From contig NC_067401.1 in NCBI RefSeq assembly GCF_016432865.1, forward strand, positions 446,400,001 to 446,464,000: 64,000 bases of DNA. Reading direction: 5' to 3'. Below, one piece after another: positions 49,627-63,410 of the stretch (positions within the stretch are counted from its first letter, which is position 1; each line of letters starts with the position of its first letter). Source of the stretch: Antechinus flavipes (Eukaryota). A model generated the notes under the pieces. It worked only from the letters and a program-made list of their open reading frames with translations. It made no database searches and was not told the DNA's origin. A program made the position numbers and the translations under genes.

Positions 49627-50545
49627 ACACTGATGGTATTACTTTAAAACTGATTTGCATAAGAAAACAAATTTCCATTAGAGAGGAAAAGGAAGGATCC
49701 CAAAATATTACCATCAACTATTAAGTCATACAGAAATTTATGCTGATGTAACTGACCATATTCAACATCTTTTTAATCAATTAACAGAATCACTGAATAA
49801 TGTGAGAATCAGTGGGCAGACGAAAATACTTTTGACCTCTGGATATAAATCTCTTAAGTCTGATGGGAAATAGCAGAGATTGAAAGGGTTTATTCCTTGA
49901 TTAAACCCAAAGGAGCTCACTTTATGTCTGTTTATCTCTTTTCTAAGATAATTCCTCACAACTTCCCCACTTTATGGATTCATAGGCTGATAGATTTAAA
50001 GTTGGAAAGGACCTCGGAGGTCAACAGTATTCTCATTTATGGTTCCCTTCCAGTTCTATCCACAGTTCCCGCTAAGCCAGCCTGTATAGGACTTGACCTA
50101 CTCAGCAGGAGGTGACATATCTTTGCATACAGCTTCTGTTTGTTGACAGATAAAGATAAATAGGACCCAAGAGGCCAAAATTGTGATTTTAGCAAAGTTT
50201 GTCTTCCAGATCTCTAGTTTCTCTTTTTCCCTAGATACCATCCCTTTCTTCCTAATCTAAGATGTTTAGAGTCTTGCTGCTTTTTAACTCCCTCCTAACA
50301 ATACTTTTATGCTTTGACTAAAGCTCATCTATACTGATGTATAGTTAATACTTTCTTACATAATTGTATTTTAAAATCCTTTTTCTCTAATTATGACAAG
50401 AAAATCTTTGTCCCCTAGTTAAAGAAACTCTGGGAATTACTAAGCCGGTGAACAGAGGGAGAGAATTTTAGAAGATAAACCTTGTACTTGTTCTTGTCTC
50501 AAATCTTATTAGGCCCAAGGATACCCTTAAGATCGATCAGTTGAT

Positions 50546-50605
50546 CAATCTATCTATATGTCCATCCATCTATTCATCTATCTATCTATCCATCCATCCA
50601 TCATA
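50546..50605. repeat. Compound (TCTA)n/(TCCA)n microsatellite
   Basis: tctatctatatgtccatccatctattcatctatctatctatccatccatccatc. Confidence 0.8.
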
Positions 50606-51466
50606 GATGTCTGTCTCTCTCTTTAATTATCTTTGGTCAGGGCCTATGATTTCAGCAGAATAGGGTGTTACTATTGAGAAAATATCCTCTACAAAAGCAG
50701 ATTTGAAATTTAAAGAATCCAAGAAAGTCATCTGAGGCCCCAAGAGCCAATATGAACCAGAAGCTGACTTGAAACCAGATATTGGAGATTCTAAAGCCAG
50801 CACTCAATTCACTGTTATACGTAGCCTTAAATTTAAATAATTTTTAGGGTACTTTGGGGACCTGGGTCAGCAAAATAGGATGCCCTTGGACTGGCTTCCA
50901 ATCCATTCTCCATCTTGTAATCTGACATCTTCATCCCACATACCTCTCTTCCTTAAGATTCAAAACTGGGAATCCAGAGTCAATGATTTAAAAAATCAAT
51001 GAACAATTCATGTGTTAAGTATCTACTTTCCAAAGTTGTTATGAGGAGGGAGAGGGAGGAAGAAGGAAAGGAAGAGAGAGAAACAGATAGAGCAGAGCTA
51101 GAAATTGGTGGGAAGGTGCCCATGGAAGAAGGTGCCAACGAAGAAAGAGGCTCCAGAGCAAAGTTTCCCCAGTAGTACAGGAAGAGGTGAAGTTTGATGG
51201 CAGACAAGACAAGAAGGAGGTGAAACATGGCTGAGGTCCTTCCCTAAATTGTGATCTCAGGGAGGAGGTCTCCATAAGAAGAGAAGACCCTAATGTGGAA
51301 GTCCCCCAAAGTGCTCATGCAGCAGGCAACCAGGAGGATATGGAATCATTCAAGTAAATACAACAAACATTTACTTTCTGTGTGCTAGGTGCTGGGAATT
51401 AAAAAACAAAAACAAAACCAAAAATAAAACAGCCCCTGTCTTCAACAAGCCTACATTCCTTTATAA

Positions 51467-52615
51467 AATTTAACATTTTTTTATTTTCCCTAGTTACATG
51501 TAAAACAATCTTTAATATTTGTTTTTAAAACTGAGTTCCAAATTCTCTCCTTTCTTCCTACCTCCCCTCAATGAGAAGGCACCTGTGAAGTTTTGCAAAT
51601 ATTTCCATAAAAGTTACTTTGAGAAAGAAAACATAGATTCTCCTCCCTCTCCTCCTCCCCAAAAAACCTTCAAGTAAAATTAAGTTTTAAAAAATCTATA
51701 TTCAGACACAATTATCTTTTTCTGGGTTTGGACAGCATTTATCATTATAAGTCTCTCAGAGTAGTCTTGGATCATTGTGTTTCTGAGAATAGTGAAGTCA
51801 TTCATAGTTGATCATCCCACAACATTGCTATTATTTTGTACACGATACATATCATTTTGAGTTCATAGAGGACTTTTCAAGTTTTACTGAGAGCATCCTG
51901 CTCATCATTTCTTATCATCTCCTCAATTTCCAGTTCTTCGCCCTGAGAAAAGAGCTGCTATAAATATTTTTGTACAAATAGGTCCTTTTATGTGGCTCTC
52001 TTCAACAATGAGATGATTCAGACCAGTTCCAATGATGTTGTGATGAAGAGAGCCATCCACACCCAGAGAGAGGACTGTGGGAACTGAGTATGGTTCACAG
52101 CATAGCATTTTCACTCTTTTTGTTGTTGTTTGTTTACATTTTGTTTTCTTTCTCCTTTTTTTTCCTTTTTAGTCTGATTTTTCTTGTGCAACAAGATTAT
52201 TGTATAAATATGTGTGTATATATAGGACTTAACATATATTTTAACATGTTTAACATATATTGGATTGGGGAGAGAAGAGGGGGGAAAGAGGGAGAAATTT
52301 GAACACAAGATTTTACAAGGGTCAATGCTGAAAATTTATCCATGCATATGTTTTGAAAATAAAAAGCTTTAATTAAAAAATAGGTCCTTTTCCTTTATAA
52401 AAAAAAATCTCATTCATTCATTCATTCATACCAAGTAGTGGTATTGTTAGGTCAAAGGATATGCATTATTTTATAGTCCTTTGAGCATAGATCATATCTT
52501 TTATCATATATCAATTAGGGAATAACTTGTTTTTTATACATTTTGACTCAGTTTTCTATGTATTTGAGAAATAAGGTCTTCATCAGAGAAATTTGTTTCA
52601 AAAATCTTTTCACAA
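51467..52615 (-). mobile_element. Older L1 3' fragment, interrupted by a younger L1
   Basis: Antisense L1 3'UTR motifs on both sides of the 51990-52377 insert. Confidence 0.7.
51990..52377 (+). mobile_element. Young 5'-truncated L1 with 14-bp TSD
   Basis: TSD aaataggtcctttt at 51976-51989 and 52378-52391; ends AATAAAAAGCTTTAATTAAA. Confidence 0.85.
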
Positions 52616-52964
52616 TACTGTTAACTGCATTCGCTTCTCCCGTTTATTCCATTCTCTCTCTCCCTTCACCTTGTCCTTCAAAAGTGTTTTCGAGCTTTCA
52701 TTCTTAAGTAAATATAAAATATAAGTTGATATAAAAAAGTACATAATATCAGGAGAATATGTTAATATTAATTATAGATACTAAAGAAAAATAAATTAAG
52801 AAGGAAACATTTAAAAAATAATTTGGTTATGGAAAAACAATGTTAATTATATGAATGTTAATTATAGGAATTATATTTACTATATAATTAATATATGTAT
52901 ATAATTATAGGAATATATATATATATATATATAATTAAAGGAATACAGGTGAATGATTATTCAT

Positions 52965-53205
52965 AGAGGAAGCTAGATGGCATTAGGGAGAGAGTCCTGG
53001 ACCTGGACTAAGTCCCAAGTTCAAATACAACTTCAAAGACATAGTAGCTGTGTGATCCTTGGCAAGTCAGTTAACGACTGTTTGCCTCAGTTTCTTCATC
53101 TATGAAGTGGAGATATCATCTCCCAAGGCTGTAAAGGAGATAATATTTATAAAATGCTTAGCAAGTGACTGGCAGGTAGTAGGAGCTTAATAAACACTTA
53201 TTTCC
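52965..53205 (+). mobile_element. MIR/THER1 CORE-SINE
   Basis: agctgtgtgatccttggcaagtca...cctcagtttcttcatct; L2-like tail gtaggagcttaataaacactt. Confidence 0.7.
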
Positions 53206-53757
53206 TTCCTCCCTCTCTGAGAACATACCCCTTAGCAGTTCTGGAACTATAATCAAATCAATATTGCCATTACTCTTGGAGTGTGCCAGTCTCCTCCCCT
53301 ATGACTCCATTCACCAACCAGATAACTTTGTAACCTAAAATGCCCCCTCCCTGTCCATAAATCCCTTTATTTGAATGTAAGCAAGAACTCCTAATGTTTT
53401 GTATTTCAATACTTAACAGAGTTCTTATACAACACTTAATAAATGTTTTTTTATTCTTTTATTTCAATCATAAAATAAATGAATAAATAAAAAATAAAAT
53501 GCAACTTCAAGACTATGCTCATCAATATTTTATCATTTAGACTAGGCAGAATAAATGTAAAAGTAACATTCCCCTTTCCCTTAATCTTTTTATCCATGTT
53601 TTCTATCCTATTATCTTGTAAATGAATGGATGAGAAATCTTATTTTCCCTTTTTGTTTGCAGAGCAAAGACAAAAAACTCTTCTTGCCAGTAATCTGTAA
53701 CTGCATGTACCTGGATGGACTCTTTGTCTCCCATATGGAATGTCTCTGAGTCTATTA

Positions 53758-53940
53758 CAGGCAATCCTCCATTTTGAACAGGCTGTGTTCCAAAAGTTCA
53801 TTTGTAAATCAGAAGTCAGAAGACATTTTCCCATAAAAACAATTTTGTAAATGGTTAGATTCCCAGACTAGCCCACAAAAGCTGCCATAAGCCATAATGG
53901 AGCTGACGTAAATGGAGCTGATATAATACTGATAATGATC
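53758..53940 (+). mobile_element. Tigger-like (TcMar) DNA transposon 5' fragment
   Basis: TA|CAGGCAATCCTC...tgtgttccaaaagttcatttgtaa...ttttcccata..aacaat...gttagattcccagactagcccacaaaagc resembles recalled Tigger termini. The other TIR was not found. Confidence 0.6.
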
Positions 53941-54897
53941 TAAAGTCTGGGGTGCCCATAGGACCCTTGGGTCCCAACCTCTGAGCTACCCAAATTTGGA
54001 TGGGTAAAGGGGGGTGGAGAGGAGAAGCTTCAGTAGCTGGTCCATTATTTTAGCAACACTGGAGGAAAGATATAGATGGGCAAGGGAAGGTCCTGGGTCA
54101 AGGATCTAATCAACTGAGAGAGTGCTTCATGTAAGGGAAATGTTCAGATGTATGATTGACTTTAGAGGTGAGTAGAAGTTCCAGAATGCCAATTTTTAGT
54201 GGTTTTGCCCTAATCTTTGAAGAGATTCTACTCTTTTGCTTCCTACTGAAGCAAGATTGTTTGAAAATGTATTTAAATTATAATTTTTCTTTTGTTTTCA
54301 TTGCCAAAGTTTTATTCTGAAGCTCTCACTTTGAAATCTTGTAGCATAAAAAGGCATGTTTACAAGTAATATAAAGTAAAATAGTGAGCATGTGGATGGT
54401 TAATTGAGAAAAAAAGAAAATGTATTTGAATTAAAAGCAAATATCATAGTGAAGAGCTAAATCAAACATAGCAGATACTGGATGGGATTGGGCCCTGCTG
54501 ATAAATCTTGGAGTCATAAGAATTCTTTCTGGGTTTGTTTCTTTTTAAATGGGGCATTTGGACTAGATGCTCTCTCTAAAGTTCTTGCTAGCTCTAAATT
54601 CATGATATTATGATTCTCTAATTTTGATCAGGAAGGGATCTCTGAGGTCATCAAATCTAGGAGCTCCCTCATTTTATAAAGAAGTAAACTCAGATTGGTC
54701 TCTAGCTTGTAAGTGCCAGAATCAGGAATCAATCCTGGACTTGGATGCGGTCATGTCTGCTTGTACCCCAAACATGTTGGGGGACAGTATTCTAAGTATC
54801 TTCTAGGCTTTGGTCATGAGAGCCCTGAAGACTCAAACAACTTTGTCTGAGAGGACTTTGAAGCACATCTACAACAGAAATTTCTCTGTACAAATAT

Positions 54898-55005
54898 CAT
54901 TTTTGTTCATCCTTTGGTCTCAAAGAGGACTGATGACATCAAGAGGATGGTATCTTGACTTGCAAGTGAATTGGATTTAAGTGAGGCAGAATTGTGCAGT
55001 CAAAT
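54898..55005 (-). mobile_element. Marsupial RTE-type SINE fragment
   Basis: gacttgcaagtgaattggatttaagtgaggcagaattgtgca, antisense of the 8800-region motif. Confidence 0.6.
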
Positions 55006-57714
55006 ATTCACCAAAAGCGGCTCCTAAATATTGAAAATAGAATCCTTAACATTAATCCTACAGGTGTAAATCATGTAATTATTCCTGAGAAGGGGATGAT
55101 GGAGATTGACAATCTATACCTGTCCTGAGTGTGGCAACAACTGAGTTGACTTGCATTCATCTGGACTTCCCAATTTTTGGAATAGAAAGAAAAAAAGGAG
55201 GAAAAAAAGAAAAAAATATATTTGTAGCTGCTCCCCCACTGCCAGGTGAGTAACTTCCTTTTCTGCCTGCAGAGAAGTACAGACACGGCTGTATTTCCTC
55301 CTAAAGAGATGAGGCAGAAGAGAAAGTAAGAGACAGAGAAGCAGGTATTCAGATAGGTAGACAATGGTACAAAATAGAGACAGAAAGGGAGAGACAGGGC
55401 AGTTAGACAGGTAGAACTGTTCAGTGTATCTCAGGCTCCTCATCATTCCTTTTCTTCCTAGGATTAAACCTGCTTCTCATTTCTAGTACTGTCTCACCTT
55501 TTTTATTTACATCTCCCTAGTGCTTAAAACAGTGCTGGGTACATAGGAAGCACTGAATAAATGCTTCTTTGTTCATTCGTTCATTAAAAGATGGACTCAT
55601 TTTTTAAATAAAAAATAACAAAAAGCGACCTTTTCAATTGATTGAATTGATTCAATTACTAGAGACTCCTGTACATTGCTGGAACTAAATGAAGGTTACC
55701 TTACACAGACTCCCATTCAAAGAGCTGGAAGGTATTCATTATTAATTATGACATTCCCAAGCAAGGCTAAATTCACTGAGGAGGTCTCCTAACACTGATG
55801 CCCTGAATGCTGCTTTAGCTACTAACACACTCCTGCCTGCTTTTGATAATGTGTAGTTCATTTTCAGATGACAGGAACACAGCTAACACTCAATCATCCA
55901 TAGGAATGGAGACATCAGTTAAGATGGGCAATTTAAATGCCCTGAAATCCTCCTGGAAAAAGCCAAAAAACATTATTTTAGGAAAGAGAGCTGACCTCTA
56001 CCATCACCAGATCTTTTTTTGACAGGTTGCCAAATGGACCAGTTTGCTTTTTCCTCTTATTTTCTGCATCTCTGCTCAGAAAGTGTCAATGCTGACAAGC
56101 TGGGGCAAACCTAGGTAGCAGGAGGAGAAAAAGAGGTAAAGCTAAGACTTGGAATAATCAGTCCCTGAGAGGGCCTGTAATTTATTCTGAGATGGCCTCT
56201 AATGTGCTGGGGGTGGGGAAGCAGAGCAAGAAGAGAGGCGGGAAAGCAGATGTTCCTTGACATTTTTAATAATAAATCTAATGGACCATACTTTATGAAT
56301 TCAGTGGTGTTTTATGATTTACCCTGAAATTCTCTCAATACCTTTCCCAGTTCCGGCTCTCCCTATTTCATCCTGCTACTAGAAAGGGGAAGTACTGTGG
56401 CCTTTGTTGTCCATGGTCATCGATAACTGGTGAAAAGAGGAGTTTCCTTCTGTTTTGAATTAAAGATGGCAAACTTGACCCCAATCTCAGCCAGATCTCC
56501 TCAGGCCCAGGGTGACATTAGCGGAAGAGTGTTTTTTGATGACATAACAGAGACATTCCTTGTAAATCAATAGCTTCTCCCTCTTCATGCTCAAACCATG
56601 CATACTGACTAGCTAATTTTCTGGAAAGCCTGAGAGGTGTTTTATTATCCTTTTTGAATTAATTCTTCTTCAGTGTTTTAATCAGCCCTGCAGATTTTAT
56701 TTTATCTCCAGGAAACAAGCCTTGCCAACCTTCTACATCCTGATTAGCCCTTGGCTACAATAATGAAGAAAAGCCATGATTTACCTGAAAACTTCAGCTT
56801 GAATAAATAAGGAATTCATGCTGTAATCAGGGTGGAATATGTAGATATAGTCCATATATGTCTATGCATGCATTTACATCCACACATATGTATAAACAGA
56901 CATATCCACACATATATCTACACATGTCTGAGATGTGACAAGAGTTTATGAATATATTCCTATATATCTAACAGGATTACACTGGTCACCAACCTTACTT
57001 AGAAGTCCTTCACCAGTCTACTATTCAACTTGACCCCATATTGAATCTTGTTATCCTGAGCTCTAGAGTAATCCAGAAGCAAGTTTATATATTTCCTTGT
57101 TAATGAATACAAATTTAACCTATTTTTCAATTATAAGCTAAGCTCAGAGTCCCCTTTCTGTTCATTAGACATTTTTATTCAATAAACTAAAAAAACTTCT
57201 CCCAATAATAGTTACCTTTCTCTAGGTTAAATCCCTTAATTCCCTAGAATCAATTAAAGTTACAGATACATATGTGTTATTGATATGATGAACAATAAAG
57301 CAAAAACAGATAATTTTGTTATCTATGAGAAAAATCTCAACCTTAAATCCTCACTGTTTCTGTAGATGACATCCCTTTGCTTCTGAGAACACATTCTCAC
57401 ACCATTTAGTTCACTCATGATAACAAATAATGTATTTTCAAAAGCATGCATTACAGGAAAAAGGTTATAATAGCTCCCAATATTGCTCCAGAAGTCATAG
57501 GAAAACAATATCTTTAACTTCTCTGAAGCTCTCTCCATTCTCATACTTCATAAAATACCCTTTATAATATTTCTTCTTGAAATATTAGTTAACATCAAGA
57601 AACAAGTTTTTCCTCACCTTCTCCATAATTTATCTTATAGCTTTTCATATATCAAAAGATAAACTCATATACTCCCCCTGATTCAAAAGGGAGACATAAG
57701 ATACCTCTTAATTC

Positions 57715-58035
57715 AAGGCAATTCTAATAGATTTGTGATGGAAAGTGCCATCCACATCTAGAGTGAGAATTATGGAGACTGAATGTGGATCAAAGTATTT
57801 TCGTTTTTTGTTTTCTTGTTTTTTTTTTCCTCTCGTGTTTTTTTTTTCTTTTTTGACACATGGAAATATGTTTAGAAGAATTACATATGTTTAATCTATA
57901 TTGGATTGCTTGTTGTCTTGGGGAGAGGGGAAGGGGGAGAGGGAGAGACAAAAATTTGGAGCACAAGGTTTTGCAGAGGTGAATGTTGAAAACTCTCTTT
58001 GCATGTATTTGGAAAAATAAAATACTATTTTTAAA
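57715..58035 (+). mobile_element. L1 3'-end fragment
   Basis: gccatccacatc...ggagactgaatgtggatc...gcacaaggttttgca...ggaaaaataaaatact. Confidence 0.75.
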
Positions 58036-59149
58036 AGAGAGAGACACTTCTCACAGAATAACAATTATAGCTGTACCACTTGACATTTTTTGTCTTCAAA
58101 CAACAGTTATAGTTTCTATACTCTGCTGAGAGATTTGAAATAGGTGTTACAAATGAAAATTATTTCCCATTAAACTTAAAACATTTCTAAAATAAAAACA
58201 TTTTATCTAATATTAATCACACATAGCATCAGAAATTTAAGGATGAAAGAGCTCATTTAGTCCGGTGTTTATAAATGAAGAAGCTTTGAACTCCAGAGAC
58301 AAAGTCACTTTCCCATGACAATATAAATAGTACACAACACGGCCAGGACTTGATCCTAGGTCCTCAGTTCAAATAAAGCACTCTTGTCACTGTTTTATAC
58401 CAAAATAACTATATAAAAAAATAGATAGAGAATCCAATTTTGTGCTAGTGAATACACATGATAAAGATTTACATCTATGTATGTAATATATACACATATA
58501 AATCAAAAACATGTAATTTATCTTTGTGATATTAATAGGAAGAAAAAATAAAGATGCTATGGATGAAAAGGAAAGTATAAGGCTGACCTGTTGCTTTGTA
58601 ACTGGGCAAGAAGTAAAATCAATCAGCTACTCAATAAACATTTACCTTGTGCCAGGTGCTATCATATTGGGCATGAAACAAAAAGAGAAATTAGCAGCAT
58701 CTCTGTGGTTTTAACTCCAAATGAGGGTCTCAGATTGAAACACCAGCAGTAAGTAATGAGTACAGGGAATGTAAAATAAGGGAGAATCTCAGATCATTCA
58801 TTCTGAATTTTTAGTCTTCCATCTAGCTAATAAGAGCTGGACTGAGCAGCAGTCTACTAAAACTCCAATCAAGGGTAAGGTTACCATGTGTCTCCCAGAT
58901 TCAAAACAAGGGCAAGAGCTTGCAAAGCTCCCACGAAGAAGGAGACTTCACCCTAAATCACGTGCTTTGAGGGCCCCAAAAGTTGGCAGGTTTTTTACCT
59001 AAGCTGTCCCTAAGATCCATGAAAAAATGCAGCATTCAAGAAAGCCCAAGTCACAAATCCAGAAAAAAGAAAATGATTCCAAAATATCTACAAGGAAACC
59101 TCAAAGAAAAACCTGGCTTCTTCACAAGGCCATTTAGAATCCCTAAAAC

Positions 59150-59900
59150 TTATAAAGCAATTTTTTTTAATTAAAATGATTTTAAATGAAATGAAGGTGC
59201 TAGAGAAAAGAATAGGAAAAATGAGATCTCTGGAGGAAAGGAAGGAGAATTAACATCTTAATACAAGATGTATAAAACCTTATATAAACAAAAGACTCCT
59301 TGAAAATTTGAATGGACCAAAGAGAAATGAGTGATTTTTTTGAGATAAAAAAATGTTAAAGTACAAAACTGACATAAATAGAATAAAAAAATAAGATACT
59401 TCATTAAAAAAAACATTGCCTTAGAAAACAAATTAAAGAAAGAAAATTTAAGAATCATTCATCAAAATAAGAGTCTGGATATCACATTCCAGGAAATCAT
59501 GACAGAAAGCTTCTCAGATTTCTTAGAACTAGGGAATAAAGTGAAAATAGAAAAATAATTTATAGGCCACTTCCTGAAAAAATAAATTCCAGGAATATTA
59601 TGGTCACATTCAAAAGCTTTGAGGTCAAAGAAAAAAAATTGCAAGAAGAAAGGATCAAGTATGAAGGAGTGACAGCCAGTAATATCCAAGATTTAGAAGC
59701 TCTTATTTTAAAGAAGTAGAAAATAAAATGTTGTCATCCAGCAAAACTTGAGTATTATCCTACAAGGAAAAAATGAATCTTAAATGAAATAGAGGACTTC
59801 CAAACAGTCTCGATGAAAAGACCAGAGCTGCCTTTGAAATTTTGAAAACAAACCTGGGTATCAAGAGAAAGATAAAGTAAACAAAAAATGAGCAATTGGA
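59150..59900 (+). mobile_element. Degenerate L1 ORF1 region
   Basis: Broken translation KENLRII...FQEIMTES...PAKLSIILQGK...EDFQ..MKRPEL, typical of the ORF1p RRM/CTD; many frameshifts. Confidence 0.75.
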
Positions 59901-60639
59901 AGGGATTAAACAAGAGTGAAATATCTTCATTCTACTAGAGGGGTATGATACAAGTATCCTCACAGAAGTCTGAGGTCATAAAGGATAATAGGAATTAAAT
60001 AAGACATGGACCTGGGAGTGGTTTTGTTATATTTTGATGATTATAAAAGAAGAAATGAAATAGAAAAGTTTACACTGAGGAAAAAAGGTAGAGAAATAAA
60101 GGTATGAGTTTGTGTATGTATGTGTGTGTGAGCATGTGTGCACATGTGTACACACACAAATTTATGTTACATAACCAGAGTGTACAAAGAGATTATAAAA
60201 ACCAGGATGAAATGTAAAGGGAATGGACAATACATGAACCTCTCATCATTTAAACTAATCAAAAGAGGATGGAATGCAGAAGGATACATAATAGGCAGAG
60301 TTTGGTATAGAAACACAGTCAAATAATAGGAAAACAAGAGAAAGAAGGGAAAAGGGAAAAAAAGCAAGTTTGAGGTAGGAATTGATGATAAGCAAAATGA
60401 CCTAACTCAGAAAAGAAATAATGAAAAGATAATTTATGACTGAGGTCTGGATGAAGGAAAAAAATAGAAGCAGAGAAGCAAAAGTAGATTGCATTAAGGG
60501 AAAGTGCTGAACATATTCCTTTTCTCTCACCATCCTCTTTTTCTTTGTAAAGAGGGTTCAAAGTGAAAAGAAAGCAAAAAGAATAATAATGAATAGGATA
60601 GAGGGAAATACAAAAGTAAAAAAAAATTAATATCAATAG

Positions 60640-61188
60640 TTATTTTATTTTCCCCCAATTACATATAAAGATAGTTTTCAATATTTATTTTTGTAAGATT
60701 TTTCTTCTCCCCTCTCCCTTACCTTCTCCTCCCCAAAAAAGTAAGCAAACTGATATGTTATACAAGTGTAATCATTTTAAGCACATTTCCATATTAGTCA
60801 TGTCAAGAAAGAAAAATCAGAACAAAGGGGAAAAAACATGAGGAAAAAAGCAAGCAACAAAAGGTGAAAATAGAATGCTTCAATCAGCATTCAATCTCCA
60901 TAGTTCTCTTTCTGGATGCAGATGGAAATTTCTTTCCCAAGTCTATTGGAATCATTTTGGATCTCTGTGTTGCTGAGAAGAGTGAAGTTTATCATGGTTG
61001 ATTATCACATAATCTTACTGTTACTATGCACAGTGCCCTGGTTCTACTCACTTTTTTCAGCATCCGTTCATGTCTACCTTTCCAGGCTTTTCTGAAATCA
61101 GTCTGCTCATCATTTCTAAGAGAACAATAATATTCCATAACATTACATAATTTATTCAGCCATTTTCCCAATCGTGGGCATTTAGGTA
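60640..61188 (-). mobile_element. L1 3' fragment nested antisense in the older L1 inter-ORF region
   Basis: Same antisense 3'UTR motifs as at 3865 and 51467. Confidence 0.7.
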
Positions 61189-61189
61189 C

Positions 61190-61880
61190 ACAATTAATGA
61201 ACATAAATATGAATATGAGTGAAATGAACTCATCCATAAAATGGAAGAGGATGGCAATGAATTAAGAAACAACAATATGTTGCTTACAAGACACACATTT
61301 GAAACAAAGATTCACATAGAATTAAAATAAGAAGCTGAAGCAAAATCTATGATACTTCAGCTAACATGCAAAAAGGTTAAAATAGCAATCATGATCTCTG
61401 ACAAGGCAACTACAAAAAATAGATTAAAAAGAGTTTAAAAGAGTTAGTTTGGGAAACTTATGTGGAAAAGTTAAAAAACAATGAATTATGATCAGCACTT
61501 AATATATACATATCAAATATAAAATTGAAAAGCTTAGAGTAAAAACTAAATGAATTGAAGAGAAAAATAGATAGTAAAACTATAATAGTGGAGGACCTCA
61601 ATGTCCTCCTTTCAGAGCTGGACAAATCTAACAAAAAAAAAGAAAGAAGCTAAGCACCAAATAAAATTTCAGAAAACTTAGATATGATAAAACTCATGAT
61701 TATTGAATGGGAATAGGAAGGAATATATATTTTTTCATCATTTCATTGTATTTTTATCATTTATGCATTAAGGCATAAATATTTCACAAATAAATATCAA
61801 AAAACATAAATATTAAACACACAGTTTACTGACTAAAATGATTTTTTAAAATTATATTTACTAAAGGGCCACTGAAAAAA
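61190..61880 (+). mobile_element. Degenerate L1 ORF2 endonuclease region
   Basis: MNSSIKWK...CCLQDTHL...AIMISDKA...IIVEDLNVLLSELDKS motifs with stops and frameshifts. Confidence 0.75.
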
Positions 61881-61900
61881 GGATTAAAAATGAGTTAGAA

Positions 61901-62199
61901 GTTGGGAATGATATGGAGCCTACAGGGAAGGCTAAAGTTAGTGGATTTCTTGAACTCAGGAGTTCTGAATTGCAATGGGCAAAAGCCAATTAGGTATCTG
62001 TACTAAGTCCAGGACCAATATGATGAAACCCTTAAAACAGGGACTATCAAGTTCCCTACAGAAAGGTGAATCAACATAGGGCATAAATAGAGTAGATCAA
62101 ATTGTTTATGCTGAGCAGTGGTGGCATTGGGTTCATGAAGAGATGCTTTATATGTCCAACATGGTTGAGATTGTGATATCCAGCCTCAAAAAATAAAAA
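61901..62199 (+). pseudogene. Degenerate 7SL (SRP RNA) retrocopy / P7SL-type SINE
   Basis: Colinear matches to 7SL including the S domain (caggagttctg, actaagt, caatatgatga, gggac..ca.gtt.ccta, ggtgaa, gag.ag.tcaaa, tgctgagcagtggtgg), followed by an A-rich tail. Confidence 0.75.
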
Positions 62200-62399
62200 T
62201 TAATTGGAGATTAAATTACTGGAACTCTAAAGAATCATTGGATCGAAGAACAAATCATAGGATCAATAGATAAATTTGGGGGAAAGAAGTCAGCATCCAA
62301 ATAGAGCCAATTCTGTCTACTCAAAATTACTTGGACCAGCAATTGAGGTTGTGAATTGTCCAACACAGGAAAAGACTGAAAAACTTTGATATCCAACCC

Positions 62400-63410
62400 C
62401 AAGGAATATCATAGGGGACAGAGTTGGAAAGTGAGAAATAGGGGAAATAAGGGGGAGAAAAAGAATGAAATGACTAAAGATCTCAGGAAGAAGAAAATTC
62501 GAATACCTTGAACATAAGTAGATAAATCAATAGGGAAAACATTAACAAAAGACCAGAATATGGCCTCCAGAACTAATTGCAGAAACAAGTTCAGACATCT
62601 ATGAATAAATATTATAAAACAAAACAAAATGATCCTTGATGGAAGTGAATGGGATGTGAAAAGAACATGCTGTTTCTAAGTGGTTCAAAGAAGAAATAAG
62701 AATTATTAGAGCAGAATTTCTTATCTGCACAACAAAATTAATGAATAGAATAGAAAAACTAAAATCTGCAATGGCAATTCTTACCAAAAAAATAATAAAG
62801 AGAGAACAATAGATTGGGAATGCAGATATGGAAAAGTGACAGACAACATCAGAGAAGCAAAAGATGATAACATTAAAAGAAAATATGTTCATTTGAATTT
62901 ATAGACAGGATGCAGAGACAACTTAAGAATCATAGGTCTCCCAGAAGAACATGACAAGACAAAAAAATCTTAATGCTGCAATGAAGAAATAATAGCAAAG
63001 AACTGCCCGGATTTCTGAACATAAAAAATGAAATACTAATTGAAAGATTTCATAAATTACCTCCAGAACAACAACAAAACCAAGGCTACAAACTACAAGA
63101 TACATAGTGGTTACATTTAATAACATAATTCAGAAATAACAAGTTCTATAAGCAATGAGGAGAAAATCCTTCAAATGAAAAGAAAAGAAAATTTTAATAG
63201 CATAAGACTATTCTGCGACCATCTTAAAACACAGGAGGGAATCACATTCTTAAGAGCAGTAGAGTTTAGAATGCAGTTCAATGTGACCTACCCTGAAAAT
63301 ATGAGCTTAATTATAAATGAAAATGATGCACTTCAATGTTAAAAGGATGCTTAAAATATTATTAGAAATAAAACCATAATTGAAAAGATTATTTGCTTTT
63401 TGAATATCCC
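62400..63410 (+). mobile_element. Degenerate L1/HAL1 ORF1
   Basis: RDNLRIIGLPEEHDK...IERFHKLPPE...TYPENMSLIIN motifs; frameshifted. Confidence 0.7.

Noticed and set aside
56840-56922. Imperfect hairpin (tgtagatata/tatatctaca)
   Set aside because: Low-complexity TA/CA sequence where such pairing arises by chance.
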